From Catajapyx aquilonaris (lineage: Eukaryota), in the NCBI GenBank assembly GCA_000934665.2, contig JYFJ02002694.1, positions 1 to 52,484 on the forward strand: a DNA stretch of 52,484 nucleotides, written 5' to 3'. The position numbers were made by a program, and so were the translations under genes. The notes under the pieces were generated by a model. That model made no database searches. It saw only the letters and a list, made by a program, of their open reading frames with translations, and was not told the origin of the DNA. Positions within the stretch are counted from its first letter, which is position 1. Every line of letters starts with the position of its first letter. This document shows, in pieces, positions 1 to 12,500 of this stretch.

Positions 1-396
1 GATTTTATAGGACCTATAGTTTAAATTGTAGGGTTAAATATTTGGAGGGGTGATAGGTTTGAGAATGGAACTCCCAGATATAAGGTAAATGCACCCACTT
101 GGGCAGTGGTAGGGCCCACACAAACCTGAATTCTTCCATTTTCTGAATGATTAAATTTAAGACTTTTTTTCGAAAAAAGTGACCGCCCCCTCCCATTAAG
201 CAGGTGTCTTAAAAATTTTAAAAATTGCCAAAAAATTTTGTTCCCCTCCCCCCCTGTCCTCCCCCTCTCCACCCCCCTCTTCGCTGCTCCTCTATCACCT
301 CTGAAGAAGTGTTTGGGAAACTGCGAAGATACAGTCGCCATCTTGGCCAGAGATGTCGGCTGCAAATATATTTTTTCTGACTCTCAACAATGAAAA

Positions 397-462
397 TCCG
401 GGATTTGAACTCGCATCTCCCGATTGAGAGTCCGATGCGTTACCATAGAGCCACGCTCTACT
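397..462 (-). repeat. tRNA-derived unit 1 (SINE head or tRNA pseudogene) with Pol III A/B boxes
   Basis: Minus strand AGTAGAGCGTGGCTCTATGGTAACGCATCGGACTCTCAATCGGGAGATGCGAGTTCAAATCCCGG: A-box-like TGGCTCTATGG, B-box-like GAGTTCAAATCC at tRNA spacing, followed by TTTT. The stems are imperfect, so this is not called as a functional tRNA. Confidence 0.55.
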
Positions 463-595
463 GCAACGAGAGTATGGGTGTTGGAAGGTCTGGCCTATTT
501 ACCAGATGCAGTTCGAAGAGAAATAAATGTGAAATGAGAGATGAGGTAACAGCTGGAAAGGTCCGTAGCTATAAAAAGAAACGCCGTCTTATTTT

Positions 596-662
596 CAGGA
601 TTCGATCCTTCAGCCTTCTGGTTACGAAGAGAGAGTCTTAACCACTAGACCACTGCGCTACT
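596..662 (-). repeat. tRNA-derived unit 2 (SINE head or tRNA pseudogene) with Pol III A/B boxes
   Basis: Minus strand AGTAGCGCAGTGGTCTAGTGGTTAAGACT...GAAGGATCGAATCCTGA: A box TGGTCTAGTGG with D-stem GTC/GAC, B-box-like GGATCGAATCC, and a T5 run about 20 nt downstream. Confidence 0.55.
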
Positions 663-1104
663 TCGATACTGATACTTTCTCCAGCATGTACTTATGGTAA
701 AGAAAGGGCGCCACACAAATAATACCATTCATCTCAATGTATATAGTGTCATTTGTCAAATAAATTATCATAATATAAATATCTATCCTTACGTATATTT
801 TCTACGGGAATTTATATAATTCAACATCACCATATGACTTCGGTTACAATTATTAGCCTTATTAGTGTGTTAAGTAAACTAATGTGGTAATTTGTGTGTC
901 AGTTATATTAAGTAAAAAAGGCATATTTATTATACAGTATGTTATTAGAAACCATTATTTTCCCGGGTTTTCCAGTCTTCCCCGCCACTTCTTCGGTTCT
1001 TCCACCCTTTTCTCCCAGTCTGACATCTTTTCTCCAACTGAACCTGCGTTACTGAGCTAGTCAGGGTGTGACTCGAGGTCAGTGGTCACACAATGTGTTG
1101 TAGG

Positions 1105-1162
1105 CTACTGTATAAAGCATTATGCTTTATACAGTAGTATATCGTATATTATACGATATACT
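1105..1162. repeat. Two abutting perfect inverted repeats (16-bp and 13-bp arms, 1-nt spacers)
   Basis: CTACTGTATAAAGCAT-T-ATGCTTTATACAGTAG (1105-1137) and AGTATATCGTATA-T-TATACGATATACT (1136-1162). Confidence 0.9.
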
Positions 1163-3535
1163 TACCAGCTCCCAGCTGTGTCCTTCTTCTGAAGATTTGG
1201 AAATGGCCACCTTACCTGCTAGAGAAGGCCTAAAATGGGAAATGTCCACTAAAAGAAAATAATAGATTCCCACACGTGAAGAGCATGGACTCTCGCACTC
1301 GTCAAAAACAAAACAAAAAAAAGATACGAAACTGCGTATGTTCCCAAATTATTCCGTCTGCAGCACGTATACACAACCAACATCACAAGATGTTACTCTC
1401 GAACTGATACTTCAAGTTGCACTCTCTCAAAAGCAACGTGTATCCATGGTACTTTTTTCATCTTGATAAAGGGAGTGTTTTGAAAAATGCTTTCCTTCGA
1501 AAGAATGGTGGAAAGAAATGCAACAACAAGAATAAATTAATTAGCGAATTGAAATTGGGTGGAGGTCTTGGGGTTTTCTTTCTTTTTTTTAATTCAAGGG
1601 GAGGGGAAAAGGGTAGTTTGTTTGTTTGTTTCGTTTGTTTTTGGGCTCAGTGCAGTAGATAGATTAGACAACTGTACTTTACCGTGTACTGTACTATACA
1701 GTGATGTACTAGAATGCGTGTTGCCTAATAATACTCTCAGGTGCCAGAGAAAAATTATTAGTGTCCTACATTGATGAAAATGATCAGTTCCTGAACTCAG
1801 AGACGTTATTTTAACTTCGCCGCTGCGTGGAATAGTGTGATGTCACTTAATCACAAATATAAATCCCATAGCATTTATAGCCACTATTTATCAAGTACAT
1901 AATATATTATAAGTACGAATAGACTACGGCTTGACCCTGAAAATAAAGGCTGAAGTACTTGTATGAATACTGACCTTAATATGCCAAAACTTTGTGAAAA
2001 ATATCAACAAGGCTCTAATAATACATATTCTATAATTATGTGCACACTTTTTTTTGAATTGATTTTCTTTGAATGGGTTAATTTTTAATGGGAGATTTCA
2101 TATTTATGTAGAGTCATTTCCTGCACATGTTAAATGATTAAAATTGATGTGTGTTGTCCATTGTCATTCAAAAATTATATTCTCGTAGTCATTATCTGAC
2201 TTGGAGGAAGTCTATCTCTGGCACGACGTATTTGACACTTAATCTGTATTTCCTGGACAAAGTTGCTCATTTAAATGCTTGTGTTAACATTTGAAACTGT
2301 ACACTTCTCAGAAAATATCCGTCGAAGAGGCTTCCTTTTGCCCCCATGCCATCCTCCATCAGTCGTTGTCATTATCTGTGTATGTCGTCTTTCGTTTGGA
2401 GTTGTTCACACCACATCGATCTTTGGCTTTTTCATGACCCACACCCACAATACTGAATGGTAGATTGCAGTGGCAATGACCAAATGACAGAGGACGTTAC
2501 ATATTATTTAACATCTTATGGTTGTATCGTTGAGCTGAAATTCATTGTTATGACGGGGGTCACATTCTATTTTATTCGCGAATGAAATACTCGCGTTGAA
2601 GACAAGGAAACGGGTTTCATTTTTCTCACATTTTTTATTGGTCCAAAGTAAACAATAACGTAAAACGGATAGCGAAGTCATAAAAAGCATGTCTTTTTTT
2701 TCTTTCAACAGGAACATAAAAGTACATAGCATCATTGTTTTTTTTGTTATTACATTTATTTCTCTCAGTGTGATGACACTTAAACATTGTTCACAACTCT
2801 CTCACTCTCTCACGAGGTTTAAAAAGTCCAGACTGCCAGGCAGGCTCGGAGGTGTGGTAACAAAAAGAAGGGAAAAGTGAAAATAATACCAAGGCTATTA
2901 ATAGGGAGTCGGAAAGGCAACGTCTGTGAATAATGAAGGCAATTGGGAGGACGCATATTTCTCTTATTTTGTTTAAATATAATATACCTAAGTACCTAAT
3001 AACACGAGGCTCCCTCCCTCCCCTGAGGCCTACTATCAGCACCTTTAAGTTTCCATTTATATTTTAATTATTATTTTTTTTCTTCTGAAATGTTCATCTC
3101 AACAATCTCATCAGTCTTGGACCCTCATCTCAGGAGCACAATACTGTCTGTATACAAGTATGAACAACGCAGCACTCATACGCACTCTCACTGGCTCATT
3201 CTCACACACGCGTAACACGCACAGAAAAATAAAACCTCTGCCGCCTGGGACTCTAAAAAATATCAATCTGTACATGACAAGGGCAAGAGAAAAAATAACA
3301 TGGATTCTATATCATACTCTAAAATACAAGTCCTCTCCATTCATATAGAGTGGGTTTCTGTTGTGGGGGGGAGTAACAAATAATTGGGAGGATAGCACTT
3401 TTCATCTGGTTTCTATCACATGTAAAGGGGGAGGTAAGGGACTGATAGAAATGCAGTATTTTTTGTTGTTGTTGTTCTTTACATAAAGATTTTGGTCTGC
3501 ATGATGTTCGCTCGATTAGCCTCATTAAAACGTGA

Positions 3536-6500
3536 CTACAACTTGGTCCTGGTGGGTTCGTTTCCAGGATGATCGTCTTCCTCATCGTCTTCCTTGACCT
3601 CCCGAATGTCCCCTTCTTCCGGGATGGGCACGGCCACGAAGGAGGAGAAGCGCCTTCCTGCTCCTGGAGGCACAGATGCGGGAAGAACCTCGTGCTCCGG
3701 AGAGTCCGACGCAGAGGACGAGGCCAAGGAGCTCCTCCGGGAGGACTGGGACATCCCTGGCTGCTGGTGCAGGGACCCGGAGCTGTCCCGCTTCCCAAGG
3801 GAAGAGACGCTGTCCCGCTTGAACAGCCCGATCACTGACGGCGCTCCCTGAGGTTCGCCCAGGCCACCTTTATTTGGAGGGGGCCAAAGGAAAAGCGTTG
3901 GGAGGATATAGGAAAAGGGGAAGGATTGTGTAGGAAGCACCAAACTTGTATTCGCTTGTATTGCATGTGTGCACACCAGGAACACTCTGTCACCCGCAAT
4001 ATTAAGGTGTTGCTTGCCCGGTTCTTCCAGTGTTAGTCAGAATTAAAACGGCTTTGTCGTTATGGTCAAGTCAGGCTGGAAAAGACATGCACTTGCGCGG
4101 TGCATTGTTACAAGGGTTAGTTCGTGCTAAACAGACTAGAGTTTGCGCATGGTCATGTCTTTTCCCTAATGGGGAACAGGCAAAGTGCAAGGCTTTTTTT
4201 TTTTTTTTTGAGCCAAAGTAGTCCACAAATGGCGAGTGCTGAACACTGGCAGTGACGTCTGCTCTAATGGTTATTGATGGACTAAAAGGGCCTTGCTTTA
4301 TTGGCATGACGAGGGGGAGAGGTGGAACTTGACTATAACAGAGTCTCGCCATTCTTATTACTCGATTTGAACTGACCTAGGAAGGTGGAAGTGGGCGAAG
4401 TGTAGGCCAAGTAGTCTTTATTGGTGCACCAGGTGGGGAACTCGTTCTGGCGCACTGGGAACTGACCCTCGTCATCTTCATCCTGCCGCCTCCAGGGCAG
4501 CTCGGACTCCACTACTGTTCCGTCACCACCTGTCGGGGTTAATCCAAGGGAAACAGTTTGATCAAGAAAAGTCGTGCTTCCCATGCAAAGTTGTGACACT
4601 GAGCACATTCTGGAATTTTCTAAGGCAAAGGCATTCGGGTGAAACCTGAGGTGTCTGCTCCTTCTTCTGTTCTTCTCCAAGGAAGGCTCATTTCGGCTGC
4701 AGTTTCAGGCTCGTCTTCAGGTGACCTCAGCGTCACCCGACTCCTCTTGTCACCTGAGGGTCATAATGCAAGTCACTAATGTGGAACTGAAAGTGAAAGA
4801 AAGACCCTAAACCCCCAAACATATGGGGTCTGATCCAATGGAGTTCTGGACTGTAGGGTGCGACATTGTCACATTTACCCCATTGATCTGTAGTCATGCT
4901 CGACATTATTGCAAGCACATGTTACACTGCCAACGGCTAGTCTATTCGGTGCAAAGCCTAGGTGAAGCACAGTTACGAGCTATCCCTACACCGTATATAA
5001 ACCAACAAGGGATTTGCTTAAGAAATTCCAAGACCACACGACAACAATGACTAAAACGGCTGATAGTATTTTTTTTAACTAACACCAGACATACCTTTAA
5101 CTGTGAACGTAATTCCTGCATCACTGTCCTCCCCTGCTTCTGGACTGGATAGCTCATCACTTTCACGCACGGTTGCAGTCATGTGCCCTTGGAAATTAAG
5201 CGAACGTGCCAGTGCAACCTTGCGACTAATAATGTCTATGGCAAAAGCGGTTTGTCATCGCCACCCTTGCCACAATATACTTACTCTGAGATGGTCTGAC
5301 CATGCCGTTGGGATGGCCCCTCCTATCCGGGTTCGGACTCGACCCCTGTCAAAAACAAATAACATGGCAGCAAAGTTCCTCCTTGGTAAACATCCTTCCA
5401 ACTTGTGACACCAACCTTATGCTTCCTCAGCATTTTCAGCTGCTGTTTCTGGACGTTCTCGCTGATTCTCCGCCTGATGTTCATCTGCACCTTGTAATTG
5501 ACCTCTGGCTGCGTATTTAGGTCAGACTCGTGCACTGCGTGCCGGCTATAACTCAAGCGACGGTGCTGTGCGGTTGTTGGGGAGAGGTAAGAAAAATGTT
5601 TGTGTCCCTTACGTGTCCTCATTGCAAGCTTTGTGTGGTTTCAAAGAGGAAATCCAGTTGTATGAACAACGAAACGACACACAGAAGAAAAACAGACCAG
5701 CATCAAGGTGTGTTCACAGCGTTTCTCTATACAGCATGTGAACATACCTTTCCAACTCTAAGCATGCTCTTCCTTACCCGCTTGTATGGTTTGTACATTT
5801 CTTCCTCGAGGAGATGATGTATCTTGGCATCTGTGAGGTCCTTCCTGGACGGGCTGTAATCCAGCTCCTGGAGATCCAGGTTCCAGTTGCTGTTGTGGTT
5901 TTCCATGGGAAATCCGCTTGAGTCCAAAGTACACATAATCAAATTCGAGCAACTACTTGGAGTAGGACAAACCAAACTGGAGAACAGACCTTGCAGCCAG
6001 GTGGTTCCCTGAGCCAGAGTTGTAGCTCCTAAGCAGAGCAGCCATGGACTCGCCACCGTGAGTGGGACTCAGGTTGGACCCATTGCGCCTCATGAACTCC
6101 ATGGCATCCTTCATGGTCAGCTTGGAGTACGTCTCCAGGATCTTGGGCTCGGCACCTTGGGCGTCTCGTATGATGCACGGCCTTATGTACTTGTTGTCGA
6201 AATGCTTGAACCTGTCAAATACAATTGCGTTAAAACTGATTTCTGAAGCTGTGTCACTGGAGGCTGAACTGCAGTTCTGATATAACAGGATAATCTTTGA
6301 CAAGAAATTTTAAAGCCTCTACCTGCAGGGGTGATGTACTTACCTATCACGAACATGGTAATTACCATGCTTCCCGAGGATGTCCTCAACCCCAGCCATG
6401 ACATGATCCAACACGCGTTCGTGGATCCTCTCGTTCATTGTAGGTTTTCTCTTTTCCGCTCTCTTCACTTTGAGGAGCTTCACCAGAGGCTTGATTGATA

Positions 6501-9500
6501 TACCCTGCAAATGATTAATGAAGGTGTGTCAATTCGCAACTCCGGTTCAAGTAAAGGAAGCGGATCTGACCTGAACGAACACGGTGAAGTAGACAGTGGC
6601 AATGGTGGTGGTGACGAACATGGGCTGTTGAGGAATGTGCTTGTCATTGATGAGGAGGACCAAGGCGAATGCCACTGCTCCTCGAAGGCCTCCGTAGGAC
6701 ATGACAAATTTTTCCACCTTTCCCAGCTTCTGCAGTCGGAAGCGGTTGGCCACAGCCGATAAAAGCACCACACCTGCAATCGTGTTTATTAAGTGTGAAG
6801 GCGACGACAGTTGGAAATGAGACTCACCAATGACTCTGTACACGGAACAGAAGAGAAGGGTGAGAAGTACAAATGGAATGTTAAGGTCGTGCTTGTTGTG
6901 GATGGTGGCCACCCCCAGGAACATGAAGATGACTGTCTCCGAACTGCTGCTCAACATCTTCATTGCGTACTTGACCGTCGTATGAGACTTGGATGATATG
7001 TTTGCTTCCACGTAGTTCTTCATAGTGATTCCGCAAAATGTTATTCTGTAAATACCGAAACCCAAGCCATAAATGTGCTGTACGACGACAACTACAACTA
7101 TTGTGTCTATGACAAACAAGACATGAATCTCCTGATGTTGTCACTATACCTCTATTGTGCTGCATAACACAAATGACAAGAAGAGGCTCATACTCTGATC
7201 GCAATCACCAGCACATGCATTGTTCCTTCAGACAAACACACCTATGAGGACAGACAAGAGATATGAACTCACGCGAGGATCCCAGACATATGGAAGATCT
7301 CTGCGTTGAGATAGGCGAGGTAGGCCATGACGAAGACGAAGAGAGGTTCTATGACCCTGACGTGGTTGGTGAACCTGGTGACAAACCCTGTTAGGAAGCC
7401 CCAGACCACCCCAATCGCCGTTCCTCCCAGGGCAACCACGAAGAACGAAGCCACTCCGGCCAGGACATCCGTGGTCTTGATGTTTTCCGGTCCCATCTCC
7501 GAATAGGCTTCGAACATGTGGTACAGCACCTGCGCTGGCCAAAAACATCCGGATTTTCACACATTCGAGGCAACAACTTAACAGGACCGTGCTGGATACT
7601 TACGACAGTCACGGCATCGTTGAGCAAGGACTCTCCGAACACGACTATGTACAGCAGCTCATCGACGTGTATCTCCTCGAACACGGCCAGTACGGCCACG
7701 GGGTCCACAGCCGATATGAGTGCGGCGAAAAGAAGCGCATGAAGCATAGGCAGGTCCACGTTGAACAGGCCCGTGGTTCCAACACCCCACAAGGACAGAC
7801 CTGGAAAAAAAAAACACATTAAAATCACACAAAAGCAACGCCACTCATATTTCAAAGGATTCGTTTGATAAATACACGAAGAGTCTGTTCAATCTGGATT
7901 GAATAGGATTGGAATCTCATCAACAAGAGTGGGAAGGCTTTTCATCAAATATTACTAGGGACACTCCAAGCAAGAGGAACCGCAAAGCTTATCGAACTTG
8001 AAGCATTAATCGTATTACCCCCCTTTTAAATGTGTGTATCGAACGATGCGGTGTGACGTTACCCCGGAATTAAAATCCCGTCAGCTACATACATTTTTTT
8101 GCCATTAAAAATTCCCAACTTTGCACCTCAGGCTGAGAGCTCATCTCGCTAATGACAAACTGGTCGTAAATGAATCAGAACTAGCGCATGCTCAGGCAAT
8201 GGTCTTTTTCATGACGTCAGTTTTAATCCGGTGACAGTAACATTCCGGGAGATTAGTGGGGATTTTACTTGTGCTGAACAATATATTTTTGTTTTAAATG
8301 CAAAAGGGGACGCGCGCTCATTAGGCTAATGAATGCCGGCGAAAAACGGGGTTAATTGGCAGTAGTTTGTGTCCTTCGAGACCGGAACCGTGAGTGGCAG
8401 AGCTATTCCTTTGTGGGTGTCCCCCCCACTCACTGTGATAGTAGGCTTTCTTTAAACAACTCGATTGGCTATCAAAGGGACTGCAATTTGTGCACGACGT
8501 GAGAGGAAAATGCTGACTGTCCACAGTACAGAGTGCTTGCACTATACCCAAAGTCTTCACTAACTAGAAGCAAATGTTACGCCAACAACTATAGTTTCAT
8601 TGCTGAGGACAAACAATCCATAATTTCTTCATTTGTAACCCTGCATATTACCTCCATTTAATTTGTTTGTCGCGAGAACCTTCCAATCGCAACATTCCAC
8701 CGCGAATTCTCTCGAAAACCCGAAATTAGCTAGTAATTTCCGCCTCTTTGGAATGCTCGTTTCCATCAGATTTACTTGAAGACTTTTCCTTTCAAACTTC
8801 GCCCGGTTGCAAAACCGTCTGACAAAGTGAAAGTATTTAAAGGTTTCCAAATGCTCCATCTCTTCCGCAAATGAGGTGCCAGCTTTACACAAGAAAAATA
8901 TATCGGCCAGGAATAATTCCGCCATATTTTAGCTCCAATGGTCGTGTTAAGCGAATTACTCTCTTGTTGTAATGAAGTGGAGTCGCAGACAAGAGACACA
9001 CACACAAAAAAGAAGAAAAGAGAAAAATCAAGTTTTCTTTGTTAACTGGAGCGGAGTGAGTCTCGCTAGTGGCGCCTCATTACGGCTGTACACTCAACCA
9101 GGCAGTTTATGGCCGTGCGACCTTACGGAATTAATGTCGCCCGATCAATTAGAATGAAATTGGGGGCTCATTTAGGAGTCCCCGGAGCACAAGGAGGTTC
9201 AGGTCTGGTCCTAGTTTATGGACATCAAATAGGGCAAGGCTTCATATTTATACAGTTTTGTGGTCGCAAATTTTATAATAAAAATATGTAGGGATAATGT
9301 AAGTGACACGACCTAAGTGAAGGTCGGGGTATGAGATGAGCATCATTAGCGGCTTACTGGAGACCTATTCTAGATTATTAATTGACAACTGATAGCTGCT
9401 GATAGGCATCATCAGTGGTGCGAAAATAGATACCAAATGCGGTTTACTTCCTCATTCGAGCAGAAACTGGGGTTTTAAAAAATGGGTGGAAAAGAAACAA

Positions 9501-12500
9501 GGTTAAGATGATGAAGCACAAATCTGATTCATTAACGTGTACTTCGGAAATACCGTACGTAATTTGGGTCTTGACTTTCGTTTATTTTTGTCCTCCCACA
9601 AAGGACAAAGCACCCAAATTAAAATGTACATTGTACATGTTTCCTATATAGCTATTCTAAAGTATACTTCCAACTGCAAAAACTGGGCAATTTCAGATAG
9701 ACTTATATCATGCAGCATGCCATATTTGAATATTAGCCTTGATGTATAATCCACAAGCAATTATTTGCAAAAAAAAAAAAGCTGAATCTACCTGGCAGCA
9801 TTAGCGGCGTTTTGCTTAGGAGAAATCCCCCAACCTTATCGCTGCGAAACGGTTTTGACAGTTTAATCCGGTTTATAGCATTTTTAATCAAGCACATGGG
9901 ACTTAGATGCATGATATGTTACCCCCACTTCAGAACTGGATTCTGAAATCACTTTTCTGAAGCATCAAAATCGGATTTGTTATCGAATAATACTCTCTCC
10001 GTATTTAATAACATTCAAGTACTGTATGTCCCTGACGTACAATTGGAGTCATGAATAATTAATTAATTGAGCATAGTTTAATTCTTCTGGATAATCAATT
10101 GTTAATTCCCTCTCAATTTATTCTCTATGGGAATCGCTCAAAAATCGCTCAAAATTTTAGAAACACAGTAGATTTGAACTTCAATAACACATAATTATTC
10201 CCTCAGGCCCACCAAAAATGACCACTTCATAGTTCCCGCTTCCGGCAATGTAAACCTTAACTTTGCACAATGCAGAATCAACGAAGCCGTTACTGTTCAA
10301 ACGTATATAATTTGTGATGGCTTGCTCTGCACATTATACATATTCAATTCGCCAAGAGAAACAGATCGCTGAAATAGCCTGAAGGCCTCAACCCACCGAG
10401 TCTGACATCATTGTTCAATTAACTCCCATGTTAATGTTATTATTGTCGCTATTATGTAATGGCACCCAAACTAATTAAAGTGCTGTACCGGTCGATTACT
10501 ACATACAAACCAAGGTCGTCCATAATCAAGCCACTATTCAACGAAAAGTTAAGCTCGAAAGGGACAGCTTGTCTCCACCAGTTTTCCAAAACTTTCTACA
10601 AAAAAGGCACTCGGACGTGGCAGGTTTCCGTCACGAAAGTCACACCACAATGCGGCAAAGTTCAGCTCCCATCGCGGGAGATGCGACCCTGGTCATCAAC
10701 CTGACGTGACCTGTGTGACCTACATTATGCGCATTACAGGGTGAGACAAAAGCGCCCATTAGCCCAAAACAAGTCTAAAATGTAGAGGTATGAAATATCG
10801 AAAACGACCGTTAACGAAAATGACCGTTATGGTTGCCCCTTAGGCACACGCGGCCACCCGCATTGCACTGCCTCACCATTTCTGACCCATGTTTTTCAGC
10901 TTATCAGACGTCTATTGTGTTTCTGAGTCACCCTGTACACAGGTATAGATAGATATAGCATGCAGGTGCGGTCTCCTTTCCCCGACTCCACCCAGCTTGT
11001 CCGAACCCGATCGATTTGTCAATCGATGCTATCGTTACCAATGCACTTAACTGGCTTGAGAAGGGCCTCTTCATGTCGACACACAGCTGCCGAACAGGGT
11101 ATATATAGCTTCGGCATGGCGGATTTGTTAGGTCCGGATCTATCTCTCTCGAGGGGGGCACCCACCCGGACTCTTGGGAAACCTCATTCGTACAATTTCC
11201 TTTGTCCTTTAACTGATCACCTCTTGCTACAGGCTACATATGGTGTCGTTTCTCTTTCTCTTTTTATAGCTGCTGCCCTTTTTGTCGTATCGGAACACCC
11301 TAGGGCACTGCCCTGGTTAATATGTCTCCATGGTGGGTAAGGTCGGAACTATTAGCTCGTGAATTGTCTCTTCTGGTGTCTAATTAACGCCTCGATTGGC
11401 GTTGCGTTGCCTCTTCTCAGGAACAAAAAAATATCTGTTTTTGTTCTATCCTCTGATAAGGAACTGAACTGTAAGAAGGTATACTGTACATTCTTTTCAA
11501 AATGCAAATTGAATTTACTATTACTTAGGAAAGAAGAAAAACGCTATCCCTTCAAAATGCAATGTATGTGTTTCACATGATGTACCGGTAAATTATTAAT
11601 TTTTACAAACATCTTTGGAGCATATGCAGCTCTTGTGTAAATAATATTTCTTTCTACAAGGGTCCGGGATTACATATTTGGCGTTTGCAGTTTTATCCTC
11701 ACTTTGATGGTAGAAAATGAATCTTCTTTTATGCCCACAATATATGACCAGAGTAACGGCGTGAACCGCGCTTTTTAAGCATTTTCTTTACGGAGGCATG
11801 GGATTTTTGGTGGTGTCGTAAACGGGGCAGTGGTCCAGTCCTGAATAGCTGTCAAAAGCGCTACTTTCATAACAACGCCCATTTGAGACCAGGTGAGAGC
11901 TGAAAAAAGGAAGCCTTTAAAAAAAAAGAGCCTTACGACGTTCTTGAAGGAGGCAGGAATAGAAAGTTAAGAAGAAGGGTGGTAGTGTGTGACTGGCGTT
12001 CGCAACCAATCGACCATTGAAAGCACCGCACCGCAGCATCTGAATTGGACAGGGCATTATCGCTTGATAATGCCCGGATACGATGCGGTTCAAAATTGGC
12101 CAACCTGCCGTCATGTGCTGGCCACTGCCGAGAAGATCCGAAAGTTCATCCTATCTGAACACCGTCCATAACCAAGCGATAATTTAAAAATGGGTTAAAC
12201 ATTGTTGCACTTATTGACGAACCGCCACACCTTAGCGGCCATAAATTACCGGTAGCAAAAAGCCCGCAATGCGGTGTTGATCTCACGTGTAAGACCTGAG
12301 AGTTGTGTGACCCATGACGCTACTTGACCTACAGGTGGGTAATGGAACATGGGTAAGGACACTGCTTTTGCCTAGTGGATATAAGGAGAGGCAACGAGCA
12401 GTCTGCAGTTTCTACGGCGCCAAATGACTACGGGCCAGCTGGTTTCGATCGGTCTACCGGCAGCCAAGGACGGAGGCCGAAACACACCGCGCACCATTAA

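Noticed and set aside
1..330. AT-rich/C-rich segment at the window start that looks like a DNA-transposon end (similarly 52309-52484)
   Set aside because: Cut off by the window edge. No partner TIR, target-site duplication or second copy is visible.
3539..3547. C-terminal TKL as a peroxisomal PTS1-like signal
   Set aside because: The protein is a multi-pass membrane exchanger, so a PDZ-ligand reading is more plausible.
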